The notes: generated by a model not told the origin, from the letters alone. Shown: positions 37,467 through 46,275, counted from the stretch's first letter. The stretch: DNA of 64,000 nucleotides from an uncultured bacterium (GCA_903831595.1 CAIKXY010000013.1:6793-70792), one strand, 5' to 3'. Translations and numbers: made by a program.

Positions 37467-37628
37467 CTTATAAGTCACGAAGTACTTATATATTTTGTGC
37501 GTGGGGGAACCTAGAGACTCCGGTATAGGCTATTTAGAGCCTAAGTCTCCCATAGGGTTTTGGGTCACATAGGTATCCCCCTCGCATAGGAAAGGATATT
37601 AATATAAATCAAAATAAAAATCAAGTGT

Positions 37629-37664
37629 TATTATTAATCATATTAATTATTAATTAATAAAAAA
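37629..37664 (-). terminator. Strong intrinsic terminator on the minus strand (ggcccagcgtatgagcgacgcttgggcc + 8 U)
   Basis: On the plus strand: aaaaaaaa ggcccaagcgtcgctcatacgctgggcc. A GC-rich 9-10 bp stem. Confidence 0.7.
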
Positions 37665-37886
37665 AAGGCCCAAGCGTCGCTCATACGCTGGGCCCCATTG
37701 GAAGACCTATCATTTCAATTTATTTGGTCCCCCTAACTCTAACAACAAGGAGCTAGCGGCATGGTCCCCGAGGCTAAATCTCATTGGATTTTAGCCTACA
37801 TTACCCTCCTCCCTCGAGTTATCTTGGATATGTTATTCCTATTAATAAAAAAGGCAACATCAAACTGTTGATAACTTTTTGGCTTA

Positions 37887-39050
37887 TTATAAGCTTAAAT
37901 TTCCTTTTGCTTTAAATTCAGTTTCTGGTTTTTTACCAGCTTTAATATTTATATACCCAGCAAGTGCAATCATAAAAGCGTTGTCTGTTGATGCACTTAT
38001 TTCCGGTACTAAAAATTTAATATTTAAATCTTCGGCAAGTTTTGTAAAATCATTTCTAATTTTTTTGTTTGCACTGACTCCACCTCCCATGATTATGGTT
38101 TGGGCACCATATTGTTCAACAGCTTCTTTTGTTTTTTTAACAATTACTTCGACAACGGCATCTTCAAATTCTCTGGCAATTTCTTGCTTCATTGTGTCAG
38201 TTAATTTATCAATTTTTTGCACGGTATATAGAACGGCAGTTTTTATTCCTGAAAATGAAAAATTTAAATCATGAGAATGAATCATTGGTCTTGGAAGAGG
38301 GAATGGAGGAATCTTGTTTGGAAACTCAATTCTTTCTTTTTCCGCAAGTTTTGAAATCTGTGGACCACCGGGATATGGAAGTCCAAGTATTCTTGCAACT
38401 TTATCAAACGCTTCACCAATAGCATCGTCTTTTGTATTTCCAACTATTTCGTAATTCAAATTATCTTTAATTAATACAAGCTGAGTGTGTCCACCACTTA
38501 TTAAGAGTGCAATAGCGGGGAATTGAATATCAGTCATCTCGTATTCTTTGTCAGACGTTTTTTTAAGTGGAGCTACCATAATATGTCCTTCCATGTGATT
38601 TGTCGGTATCACTGGAATATCCCAAAGTGCTGAAAGAGCTTTTGCAAAGCTAACACCCACCCAAAGTGCTGGTTCAAGCCCTGGACCGTTTGTGACGGCT
38701 ATGGCGTCTATTTTTGGCTTTTCAATTTTTTTGGCTAATTCTATTAATGGTTCAAATAAACCTTCTTCTCTAATCAAAATTTGTTTTAATTTAGTATTTT
38801 TTTCTTTTGAGACATTTGTTTTTTTATTTTGTTTTAAAACATTTGCTTCTTCCAGACACTTTTCCAAAAGGGGAGTTAGATTTTTTCCATGTTCTCTTTT
38901 TGCCATCATTGGAAATACACCACCATATTGTGCATGGAGTGCGACTTGAGAATATAGTTGATTGCCTAGTATTTTAACCGAATTATCTTTTGCTTCAATA
39001 AGGCAAATCGCAGTTTCGTCACAGGATGTTTCAATACCTAAAATAATCAT
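37887..39050 (-). CDS. tsaD: tRNA N6-adenosine threonylcarbamoyltransferase TsaD (Kae1/YgjD family)
   Basis: MIILGIETSCDETAICLI, metal-binding HMEGH, GGGVSAN. It has an insertion of about 45 aa relative to typical TsaD. Confidence 0.85.
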   Translation of the reverse strand: MIILGIETSCDETAICLIEAKDNSVKILGNQLYSQVALHAQYGGVFPMMAKREHGKNLTPLLEKCLEEANVLKQNKKTNVSKEKNTKLKQILIREEGLFEPLIELAKKIEKPKIDAIAVTNGPGLEPALWVGVSFAKALSALWDIPVIPTNHMEGHIMVAPLKKTSDKEYEMTDIQFPAIALLISGGHTQLVLIKDNLNYEIVGNTKDDAIGEAFDKVARILGLPYPGGPQISKLAEKERIEFPNKIPPFPLPRPMIHSHDLNFSFSGIKTAVLYTVQKIDKLTDTMKQEIAREFEDAVVEVIVKKTKEAVEQYGAQTIIMGGGVSANKKIRNDFTKLAEDLNIKFLVPEISASTDNAFMIALAGYINIKAGKKPETEFKAKGNLSL

Positions 39051-39115
39051 AATAGAATCTAATTTAGCAGAAATATCAATAAAAAACCACTTCTTGAAGC
39101 GAAGTAAAATACTTT

Positions 39116-39382
39116 TTATTCCACATCACCATTCTCTTGAATTTTTTCTTCCTCGTATGGCCCTATTATTTTTCTGTAAAATTCTTGAGTTATTGCTGTT
39201 AAAACTCCAAGCGCTCTATTGAAATGGAAATATTTTTTTGGATAAACATTTTTTAATATTTTAGTTACAGCATAATTAATTGAACCGTCCTGATCTTCAA
39301 CGGGGAGCGATTTAACATGCTCAATAATTGGTTGAACTAATTTATCTATTTGTGGGCGTTGTTCTTTTTTAATATATGGCAT
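39116..39382 (-). CDS. Hypothetical protein (88 aa)
   Basis: ORF only. No motif recognised. Confidence 0.35.
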   Translation of the reverse strand: MPYIKKEQRPQIDKLVQPIIEHVKSLPVEDQDGSINYAVTKILKNVYPKKYFHFNRALGVLTAITQEFYRKIIGPYEEEKIQENGDVE

Positions 39383-39426
39383 AATTATATTCTATCAGAA
39401 TTTAATTATAATAGAAAATACTTTTG

Positions 39427-39498
39427 TGACCTTACGGGGAATCGAACCCCGATTCCAGCCTTGAAAAGGCCGTGTCCTAACCGTTAGACGATAAGGCC
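39427..39498 (-). tRNA. tRNA-Glu (anticodon UUC)
   Basis: ggccttatcgtctaacggttaggacacggccTTTTCAAggctg gaat cggggttcgattccccgtaaggtca. Confidence 0.7.
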
Positions 39499-39600
39499 AA
39501 AACATAATTCATAAACTATACCGAACCCCGAATTTCCCTTCTTACAGAAGCTGTACACCTGTTCTGTTTTTTATTTCGCTATAACTCATAAAAAACTATC

Positions 39601-39680
39601 ACAGGTCTTGTGTTTGGGTCCCATATCCCAAACACAACCTTTCAAAGGCCTATGTCTAACTATCAGACGATAAGGCCGAT
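39601..39680 (-). pseudogene. tRNA-Glu-like 5' fragment (acceptor 5' strand, D-arm, degenerate anticodon arm; no T-arm or acceptor 3' strand)
   Basis: ggccttatcgtctgatagttagacataggcctttgaaaggttg is near-identical to the 5' half of tRNA-Glu. It then runs into the palindrome ttgtgtttggg...cccaaacacaa instead of a T-arm. Confidence 0.55.
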
Positions 39681-39742
39681 TAAATACACTATGCAATATA
39701 GCATTTTTTGAGAAAAAGGCAAAAAATGCTATTGTTATTTAA

Positions 39743-39762
39743 TGGAAGAGTGGCTGAGTGGG
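39743..39762 (+). repeat. Direct copy of the 5' end of tRNA-Ser(CGA) (tggaagagtggctgagtgg), about 120 nt upstream of the gene
   Basis: Matches 39866-39885 exactly. The interval between holds the hairpin ggaagccacgtttcgcgaaagcggcttcc. Confidence 0.7.
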
Positions 39763-39866
39763 AAAAAGTTAAACTACTTTAATTTTTTCCACGAGCGAAG
39801 CGAGGGCGGCAACCAGGAAGCCACGTTTCGCGAAAGCGGCTTCCATTTGAACGAAGTGAAATATAT

Positions 39867-39954
39867 GGAAGAGTGGCTGAGTGGTTGAAGGCGCCGCATT
39901 CGAAACGCGGTAGGGGCGAAAGTCTCTCGTGGGTTCAAATCCCACCTCTTCCGC
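39867..39954 (+). tRNA. tRNA-Ser (anticodon CGA), class II
   Basis: ggaagagtggctgagtggttgaaggcgccgcaTTCGAAAcgcgg taggggcgaaagtctctc gtgggttcaaatcccacctcttccg. One A.C mismatch closes the anticodon stem. Confidence 0.7.
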
Positions 39955-39996
39955 ATTAAAATGGTATTTCTTTTTTCCTAGTAGTATAATATTGGT

Positions 39997-40380
39997 ATGA
40001 CAAAGATATTTATGGCGGATGATGATTCTTTGCTTGTTCATATTTACGGAAAAAAATTTCAGGCGAGTGGCTTTGATATTGAGTTTGCTATGGATGGTGA
40101 AGAAGCTATTTCTAAATTAAAAAATATGGAAATAAAACCAGTCATGATTCTTTTGGATTGTCAGATGCCAAGAAAAAGTGGTTTTGAAGTAATGGAAGAA
40201 ATAATAAAAGATAAAGAATTGAAAAATATTCCGGTTGTATTTTTAACAAATATGTACGAACCAAATGATGAACGAAGGGGAATAAATTTGGGGGCTGTAG
40301 CATATTTAGTGAAGAGCCAATATATTCCTTCTGAAATAGTAGATAAAGTAAAAGAGGTTTGTGATAAGTATTGTAGTTAA
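39997..40380 (+). CDS. Single-domain response regulator (CheY-like receiver)
   Basis: FMADDDSLL acidic pocket, ILLDCQMPRKSGFEV phospho-acceptor region, and AVAYLVKS near the C-terminus. Confidence 0.6.
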   Translation: MTKIFMADDDSLLVHIYGKKFQASGFDIEFAMDGEEAISKLKNMEIKPVMILLDCQMPRKSGFEVMEEIIKDKELKNIPVVFLTNMYEPNDERRGINLGAVAYLVKSQYIPSEIVDKVKEVCDKYCS

Positions 40381-40384
40381 TAGA

Positions 40385-40432
40385 AAAAAACAATTACGCC
40401 GTTTTCGCTTTGCGAAAACGGCGTAATTGTTT
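40385..40432 (+). terminator. Intrinsic terminator (caattacgccgttttcgctttgcgaaaacggcgtaattg + T-run)
   Basis: Long perfect hairpin followed by ttttat. Confidence 0.7.
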
Positions 40433-40480
40433 TATAGATATTTTTGTGATAATATCTTTTTTGTTAGTGTGTGTTATTGG

Positions 40481-40553
40481 GGGCGGTTAGCTCAGTTGGT
40501 AGAGCATTTCTTTGACGTAGAAAGGGTCAGAGGTTCGAATCCTCTACCGCCCA
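40481..40553 (+). tRNA. tRNA-Val (anticodon GAC)
   Basis: gggcggttagctcagttggtagagcatttctTTGACGTagaaa gggtc agaggttcgaatcctctaccgccca. Confidence 0.8.
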
Positions 40554-40839
40554 CAAAAATTCCCGAATAGGGAATTTTTGGGACGGTAAGAAAGCTCTGG
40601 GAGAGCTTTCGTGGGGATTCGAAAACCTTTGATAGTTTTTTGCAAGCTAACGCGAAGTAAAAAACAGAAAAGGTGTACAGAAACTGTAAGTTTCGAAATT
40701 CCTCTACATCACAAACAAAAAACTAGTGACCGAGTACTGCACCGTCCACAAAATAAAAAACCGCCATTTGGCGGTTTTTTATTTTTTCAAAAATTTAAAA
40801 ATATATTTTTAGACTTTAATAGTATCACCAATAACTATG

Positions 40840-42168
40840 TTATTTTATTAGGAGCACCCCAGCAAAACTTAGAACTACAATTATTGCAAGCGAAAGGAAT
40901 AATTTAACAGCAAATTTTCTATTACCTTGAAAGAATGAGTAAATTGATTTGCTAGCTAAGTTTGTTGCACTTACACACAAGAATGTTATCAAAGCAAATT
41001 TGTACGTGATTATTCCACCGGCCATTTCTGCCAAGTTTACAACTATCGCATCAATACCAGCAAAAGACGCAACCATAGAGCTTACAAGGAATCCTGATTG
41101 ACCGAAGATAATTAAGCAAATCTTTGTCGCTAACTTAACAATGATTAATATTAAAGCAAACTTTAAAGCTGGTACTAAAGAAAATATATTACCATCTTCT
41201 TTTTTCTCTTCTTCGGAGTTATTTTCATTTGTTTCTTTATCTTTCTTTTTTAAGAAAATGATAGACAGAATGATGGCCGTAATTATCATTATTAATAAAC
41301 TTGGGATTATTGCTATCAGCCATTTACCATTTAGTGGCCCAACTAAAAGAAATATTTGTAAGAAACTTGCCATATTAGCTAATAGTGCCGCGCCAACTAA
41401 ATAATTTACAATCCCAGTTTTCTTACTTTTTTGTGCTAACGATTGTGTGGTTGATGTTGAGGAAATAAAGCCACCAACAGTACTAGCTAAAGTGAAACTA
41501 CTTTTATTTCCAATTATTCTGCCTAGTACGTATCCAAAAACATCAATACCAGTAATCAAAGCGACCGTCATCCATATTTTATATGGATTAATTAATTCTA
41601 GTGTTGCGAATGCCCCTAAGTTTATACCTAAGTTGCTAAAAATGGACGATAAAAACGGAATATCAATCAGTTTATATCCGATGTTTGGTAGAAATGGCAA
41701 AACGACTAAAGCAATAATTGCGTAGCTTATAAAAGACTCAATTTCTTTTGACGTTATACCAGCTACTAATTTACTAATTTTTTCTTTTAATGAAAGTATT
41801 AAAACGATAACCACAAAAATAACCACAATGATTTTTAAGGGAATTATTTTTAGCATAGGTAATAATCCAATTAGGAAGGTAAAAAAAATTGCCAATTCAT
41901 TTGTCATACCAAAACTTTTTGTAAAAGTTGAGTTTGTAATGTAATAAGATATCAATATGACAAAAAATACTGCGGCTATCAAAATGGCTAGGACAGTTAA
42001 ATTATTTATGTAGAAAATACCACACAAGGCTCCAAGCAGTGAAATTAGGGCAAATGTACGTATTCCACCAGCAGAACCGGCATGTTGTCCTCCGCTTTCT
42101 CTTTCTAAACCAATAGCAGCTCCAAATAACAAAGCTAAAACGAGATTAATAACTATTGAAGTATCCAT
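40840..42168 (-). CDS. MgtC/SapB-family membrane protein with a C-terminal DUF4010-like polytopic domain
   Basis: N-terminal GLERESGGQHAGSAGGIRT matches the MgtC family signature. 442 aa with many TMs and a K/E-rich loop. Confidence 0.55.
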   Translation of the reverse strand: MDTSIVINLVLALLFGAAIGLERESGGQHAGSAGGIRTFALISLLGALCGIFYINNLTVLAILIAAVFFVILISYYITNSTFTKSFGMTNELAIFFTFLIGLLPMLKIIPLKIIVVIFVVIVLILSLKEKISKLVAGITSKEIESFISYAIIALVVLPFLPNIGYKLIDIPFLSSIFSNLGINLGAFATLELINPYKIWMTVALITGIDVFGYVLGRIIGNKSSFTLASTVGGFISSTSTTQSLAQKSKKTGIVNYLVGAALLANMASFLQIFLLVGPLNGKWLIAIIPSLLIMIITAIILSIIFLKKKDKETNENNSEEEKKEDGNIFSLVPALKFALILIIVKLATKICLIIFGQSGFLVSSMVASFAGIDAIVVNLAEMAGGIITYKFALITFLCVSATNLASKSIYSFFQGNRKFAVKLFLSLAIIVVLSFAGVLLIK

Positions 42169-42239
42169 AGTAAAAATTTAATTAATAAATAATTCTATAA
42201 ATTATATCACTTTACTAAAAAATATAGCAAACATTAAAT

Positions 42240-43166
42240 TCACTTTTGTATCCTTAAATATTTATAAATATCTTCTAATGCTTTTATAGCATCACCGGCT
42301 GCAATATTATTTTGATGATATATTCCGTCTGTACAATCTCCAGCCGCCCAGATACCTAGCTCTGAAGTTTTTTGTGTTTTTGCATCAACGATAATTTCTT
42401 GTTTGTCGTTGAGTTTTATTATTCCGTTTTCTAAATATGCAACTGACGGATTTGCCCCAATCTCTACAAAAATCCCGTTGGTAGGCAATTCCACTTCTTT
42501 TCCTGTGTCCTTATCTTTATATAAAAGTGAAGTAACAAATTTATCACCTTTTATTTCAAGTAAATCAACATTGGAAATACCGCGAATTTTTGGATTCGAA
42601 AGTACTTTTTTAATAGTAATTGGATCTGCTCTAAAATCGCTTCTTTGTACTATTGTTACACTTTTTGCATATGCAGAAAGCTGAGAAGCAGATTCAAATG
42701 CAGAGTTTCCTCCACCAATTACCACAACGTCCATATCGGTAAACATAGGACCATCACATGTGGCACAATAGGTGATACCTTTTCCGTCAAATTTATCTGC
42801 GCCTGTAATTTTTATTTTTCTTCTAACACTTCCAGAAGCTATCAACACTGTTTTTGCTGAATATTCAGCTTTGTCGGTTTTAATTTTAAATGTGCTGTCT
42901 GTATTTTTTAATAATTCAGAAACAATTTCTTTTTCTTTTATATCAATATCTTTCGAGTAATTTTTAACATGTTTTTCTAAACTTTTTGCCAAATCTTCAC
43001 CGCTTATTGAAATCGTTCCTATCCAATTTTGAATATTATCTGAAACAACACTTTGATTACGAAAGTTTTCTGTAATCAGAACAGTTTTAATTTTCTTTCT
43101 AGCGGCGTAAACTCCAGCAGATACTCCTGCTGGTCCTCCACCAATTATAGCTAAATCATATAACAT
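42240..43166 (-). CDS. trxB: Thioredoxin-disulfide reductase
   Basis: LAIIGGGPAGVSAG FAD motif, redox-active CATCDG, a second Rossmann VVVIGGGNSA, and GDCTDG near the C-terminus. Confidence 0.85.
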   Translation of the reverse strand: MLYDLAIIGGGPAGVSAGVYAARKKIKTVLITENFRNQSVVSDNIQNWIGTISISGEDLAKSLEKHVKNYSKDIDIKEKEIVSELLKNTDSTFKIKTDKAEYSAKTVLIASGSVRRKIKITGADKFDGKGITYCATCDGPMFTDMDVVVIGGGNSAFESASQLSAYAKSVTIVQRSDFRADPITIKKVLSNPKIRGISNVDLLEIKGDKFVTSLLYKDKDTGKEVELPTNGIFVEIGANPSVAYLENGIIKLNDKQEIIVDAKTQKTSELGIWAAGDCTDGIYHQNNIAAGDAIKALEDIYKYLRIQK

Positions 43167-43167
43167 A

Positions 43168-44334
43168 TTATTTTTTGTTACCTCTTCTCAAAAAAGCTGG
43201 GACAACACCCCAGTCATCTTCATCTGTGATGGCTTGTTTGTTTGTTTCGTCATCGATTACAATAGTTGCAGTTTTTTTCTCCTCTGGCTTAATTTTCTTT
43301 TCTTCAACTTGAGGTGTATGTTTTGGTGTATTTACTACTGGTGCTGGGGATGAAAAAAATAAAGATTTTTTAGCTGGCATATCTGAAAATCCGGAAGCAA
43401 TGACTGTAATTTGCATTTCGTTTTTCTTTAGTTTGTCTGTAGAAATAGTTCCAAAAATAACTTTTGCATTTGCGTCAATTGATTCTGTAATAACTTTTGC
43501 GGCCTCTTGTATTTCAAACAAGGTTATATCATCGCCGCCAGCAATTGAGAACAATACTCCTTTTGCACCGTTGATAGAAACCTCAAGAAGTGGGGAATTA
43601 ATAGCCATTTTTGCTGCTTCTTCCGCTCTCTTTTCTCCTGAAGCTCTTCCGATACCCATAAGTGCAGAACCGGCATTTTCGATGACTGCTTTAATATCTG
43701 CGAAATCAATGTTAATTGTACCAGGAGTTGTAATCAAATCTGAAATACCCTCAACAGCTTGTCTTAGAATATCATCACAAATAGCAAAGGCAGATTTAGC
43801 AGTTGTGTCTTTACTGACCATAGACATCAATCTATCATTAGGTACTATAATAATAGCATCAACGTTTTTCTTTAATTCTTCGATAGAAACCTCAGCGATT
43901 TTGTTTCTTTGCAATCCTTCAAACATAAAAGGTCTGGTAACAACAGCGATTGTAAGAATGCCCAAATCTTTTGCAATTTTTGCTATAACAGGTGCAGCAC
44001 CTGAACAAGTTCCTCCACCCATTCCTCCCGCGACGAAAACCATGTCAGCACCTTTCAACATTTCTGTTATTTCTTCTTTTGTTTCTTCCGCGGCCTTTTT
44101 ACCAAGTTCTGGATTCATTCCTGTTCCCAAACCTTTCGTAAGATTTTTTCCAATGTGAATTTTTTTCTGAGCGAGTGATTGATGTAAATCTTGGGCGTCA
44201 GTATTTATAGCAATAAAATCAACCCCTTTAACTTTTGAGCTAATCATATGGTTGATAGCATTCTTTCCTGAACCTCCAACACCTAAAACTTTTATTCTTG
44301 CGAATGTTTCTACGTCTGGTTTGATTTGTGGCAT
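43168..44334 (-). CDS. ftsZ: Cell division GTPase FtsZ
   Basis: GVGGSGKNAINHM, NTDAQ, GGMGGGTCSGAAPVIA tubulin signature, and a C-terminal conserved tail DDWGVVPAFLRRG. Confidence 0.9.
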   Translation of the reverse strand: MPQIKPDVETFARIKVLGVGGSGKNAINHMISSKVKGVDFIAINTDAQDLHQSLAQKKIHIGKNLTKGLGTGMNPELGKKAAEETKEEITEMLKGADMVFVAGGMGGGTCSGAAPVIAKIAKDLGILTIAVVTRPFMFEGLQRNKIAEVSIEELKKNVDAIIIVPNDRLMSMVSKDTTAKSAFAICDDILRQAVEGISDLITTPGTINIDFADIKAVIENAGSALMGIGRASGEKRAEEAAKMAINSPLLEVSINGAKGVLFSIAGGDDITLFEIQEAAKVITESIDANAKVIFGTISTDKLKKNEMQITVIASGFSDMPAKKSLFFSSPAPVVNTPKHTPQVEEKKIKPEEKKTATIVIDDETNKQAITDEDDWGVVPAFLRRGNKK

Positions 44335-44516
44335 TTTAATTATGTTATTAAACTAATAAAGCAACTAAATATTATGTGATAATAATATCAGAATAAATAA
44401 AAAAAAGAAAAGGGTTGTCGAGGGGCTATATTTATGTTGAAAAAAGTTGACTTTAAGCTTTGTAAGTTATAATATTTTTAAGGACGCAAAAATTCGTGCT
44501 TTAATGGAGGAATATT

Positions 44517-44636
44517 ATGGTTGAAAGAAATTTGTATATTCAGCTGATTAATATTGTAAAAAAGATACAAGAGAAAAAAATTGCAGAAAGAAAAAAGAAT
44601 GCAAAATTTTCAAAGATTCTAGTTGAAAAGATGTAA
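44517..44636 (+). CDS. Small basic protein (39 aa, MVERNLYIQLINIVKKIQEKKIAERKKNAKFSKILVEKM)
   Basis: Short ORF with a ggagg RBS 7 nt upstream. A strong terminator at 44637-44672 follows directly. Its leader resembles that of the next small ORF. Confidence 0.3.
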   Translation: MVERNLYIQLINIVKKIQEKKIAERKKNAKFSKILVEKM

Positions 44637-44672
44637 AAGGCGGGCTCGTTTACGAGCCCGCCCTTTTTTTGT
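44637..44672. terminator. Bidirectional intrinsic terminator (ggcgggctcgtttacgagcccgcc flanked by A-run and T-run)
   Basis: Perfect 10-bp GC stem. Confidence 0.75.
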
Positions 44673-44738
44673 TTTACTTTATTTTTGTAAGTGATATTAT
44701 TTGAAAGGAAGTAAATTCTAGTTTTAATAGGAGGTATT

Positions 44739-44945
44739 ATGCTTGTAGCAAAGAGTGAAAATTATATGTCTTTGCCAAGATGTATAATAATGTCAAAGAA
44801 AAAATTTTCAGATAAACAAGCTGAAGAAGCGTTCATGAATGCCGAGGTAAATTCATTGAGCGATGTTTTATCTTTGGCGGCAAGTTTAAAAAAGTATAGG
44901 CCAGCTCTATTCAAAAAAATTGAAAAGAAATATGTGTGTGTTTGA
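44739..44945 (+). CDS. Hypothetical small protein (68 aa)
   Basis: The leader aataggaggtattATG closely resembles the leader of the 44517 ORF. A terminator hairpin follows at 44948-44982. Confidence 0.35.
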   Translation: MLVAKSENYMSLPRCIIMSKKKFSDKQAEEAFMNAEVNSLSDVLSLAASLKKYRPALFKKIEKKYVCV

Positions 44946-45000
44946 TAAAAAAAGCTAGGTTGGCCGCCTAGCTTTTTCTTTATAAAAAAATCTAAAATAA

Positions 45001-46275
45001 TTAAGGTAAGAATTTTTTAAACCAATCAGACATACCCTTGAAAGCTTTATTTGTTGTGTCTTTTGCAACATTAAAAATTTCAGTTGAGCTTTCTTCATCA
45101 TTTAAATTTAACCCAAAAACTGAAAGCCCATAAGCAACAGACCAGTATGAATCTTGAAGATGACTATTTTTTAAAGCAGTCATAACATCAACACAAGACA
45201 CTTTTGATGGAAGTTTAAGTGATGCCCTCGCAATATCTTCTATTGTATCTATACCAGAGCCACCGCCGGTAAGAATGATTCCTGCAGGCAATAGTCCACT
45301 TCTGCCAATTTTTTTTAGGTGCGCCTCAATCAATTCAAAAATATCTGAAAGTCTGGCTAAAATGATCTCATCCAATTTCTTTTTTTGGTATGGCATTTCT
45401 CCTGTGCAACCAAGCTTAATATTTTCTGCTTCAGTTATAGGGATTCTAAAACCTAGCGCAATGTCATTTGTTATGTCTGCACTACCGATAGGGAAAACTT
45501 CCAAAGATATTGGAATATTATTTTCAAACACAGCAAGAGAAACAGTTTCTGAACCAATATTTACCAAAATACAGCCGGCAATCTTCTGGCTTTTTGTGAG
45601 AGAAACTATACTTGCTGCGATAGGTGATGGAATGACATCTATTATATCAATATTTGCATCTTCGACAGCTTTTAGAATATCAGAAAAATGTTGTCTCAAG
45701 GAAACAATAAACAAAACTTTTGCTTCAAGTTTTGTACCCTTCATTCCGACTGGTCTACCCATAAGTAGTTGGCCATCAATCTTGAATGCTTGTGGAATAA
45801 CTTGAATAATCTGCTTATTTAATAATGCAGACGCTGGTAAAGATGCTTCAGCTTCTGCTAGAACATTTTTTACATCAAGGTCTGTGATTTCCATATCAGC
45901 TCGCGTCGTCATGACAGAACCTTTACTAATCATTGAACTAAGTCCGATGCCACCGATCGAAATATAACCCTTTCTTATTTTTATTTTTGCATTTTTTTCG
46001 GCTTGGGCTACTGCGAGTTTGATACAGCGAGTTACGTCAGCAATATTTATAATATAGCCGTGTCTCAAACCTTTCGATTCTGCTTCGCCGGTAGCAATTA
46101 TTTTTGGGGAGTAGGAGCCATCTTCAGTCAAAACACTTTCAGATACCACAACTTTGATTTGGTATGTTCCGATGTCTATTCCAACTGAAATTTTTTGTGA
46201 CATGATTGATTTATAATGAGCGAAGCGATTAAAAAAATCATCACCCTGTGAAATATTTTGCTTCAGCAAAATCAA
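45001..46275 (-). CDS. ftsA: Cell division protein FtsA (actin-like ATPase)
   Basis: VGIDIGTYQIKVVV phosphate-1, DIGSETVSLAV, and GGGSGIDTIED adenosine motif. The true start is probably the internal M (MSQKISVGIDIGT). Confidence 0.8.
   Translation of the reverse strand: MILLKQNISQGDDFFNRFAHYKSIMSQKISVGIDIGTYQIKVVVSESVLTEDGSYSPKIIATGEAESKGLRHGYIINIADVTRCIKLAVAQAEKNAKIKIRKGYISIGGIGLSSMISKGSVMTTRADMEITDLDVKNVLAEAEASLPASALLNKQIIQVIPQAFKIDGQLLMGRPVGMKGTKLEAKVLFIVSLRQHFSDILKAVEDANIDIIDVIPSPIAASIVSLTKSQKIAGCILVNIGSETVSLAVFENNIPISLEVFPIGSADITNDIALGFRIPITEAENIKLGCTGEMPYQKKKLDEIILARLSDIFELIEAHLKKIGRSGLLPAGIILTGGGSGIDTIEDIARASLKLPSKVSCVDVMTALKNSHLQDSYWSVAYGLSVFGLNLNDEESSTEIFNVAKDTTNKAFKGMSDWFKKFLP

Noticed and set aside
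37430-37628. T-box riboswitch or SRP (4.5S) RNA as the identity of the GC-rich structured element upstream of valS
   Set aside because: The conserved T-box sequence AAnnAGGGUGGnACCGCG (or its complement) was not found on either strand. The SRP domain IV hallmarks were not found either: the GGAA tetraloop within CCAGGUCAGG...GGAAGCAGCC. The element is therefore left as unclassified.
39769-40041. 90-aa and 60-aa minus-strand ORFs across tRNA-Ser(CGA) and its upstream repeat
   Set aside because: They overlap a canonical tRNA and its duplicated 5' end, and run antisense into the response-regulator start.
43400-44158. 252-aa plus-strand ORF inside ftsZ
   Set aside because: Antisense to ftsZ, which has unmistakable tubulin/FtsZ signatures. 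A/S/I-rich artefact of the GC-skewed codon positions.
45275-45805. 176-aa plus-strand ORF inside ftsA
   Set aside because: Antisense to ftsA.
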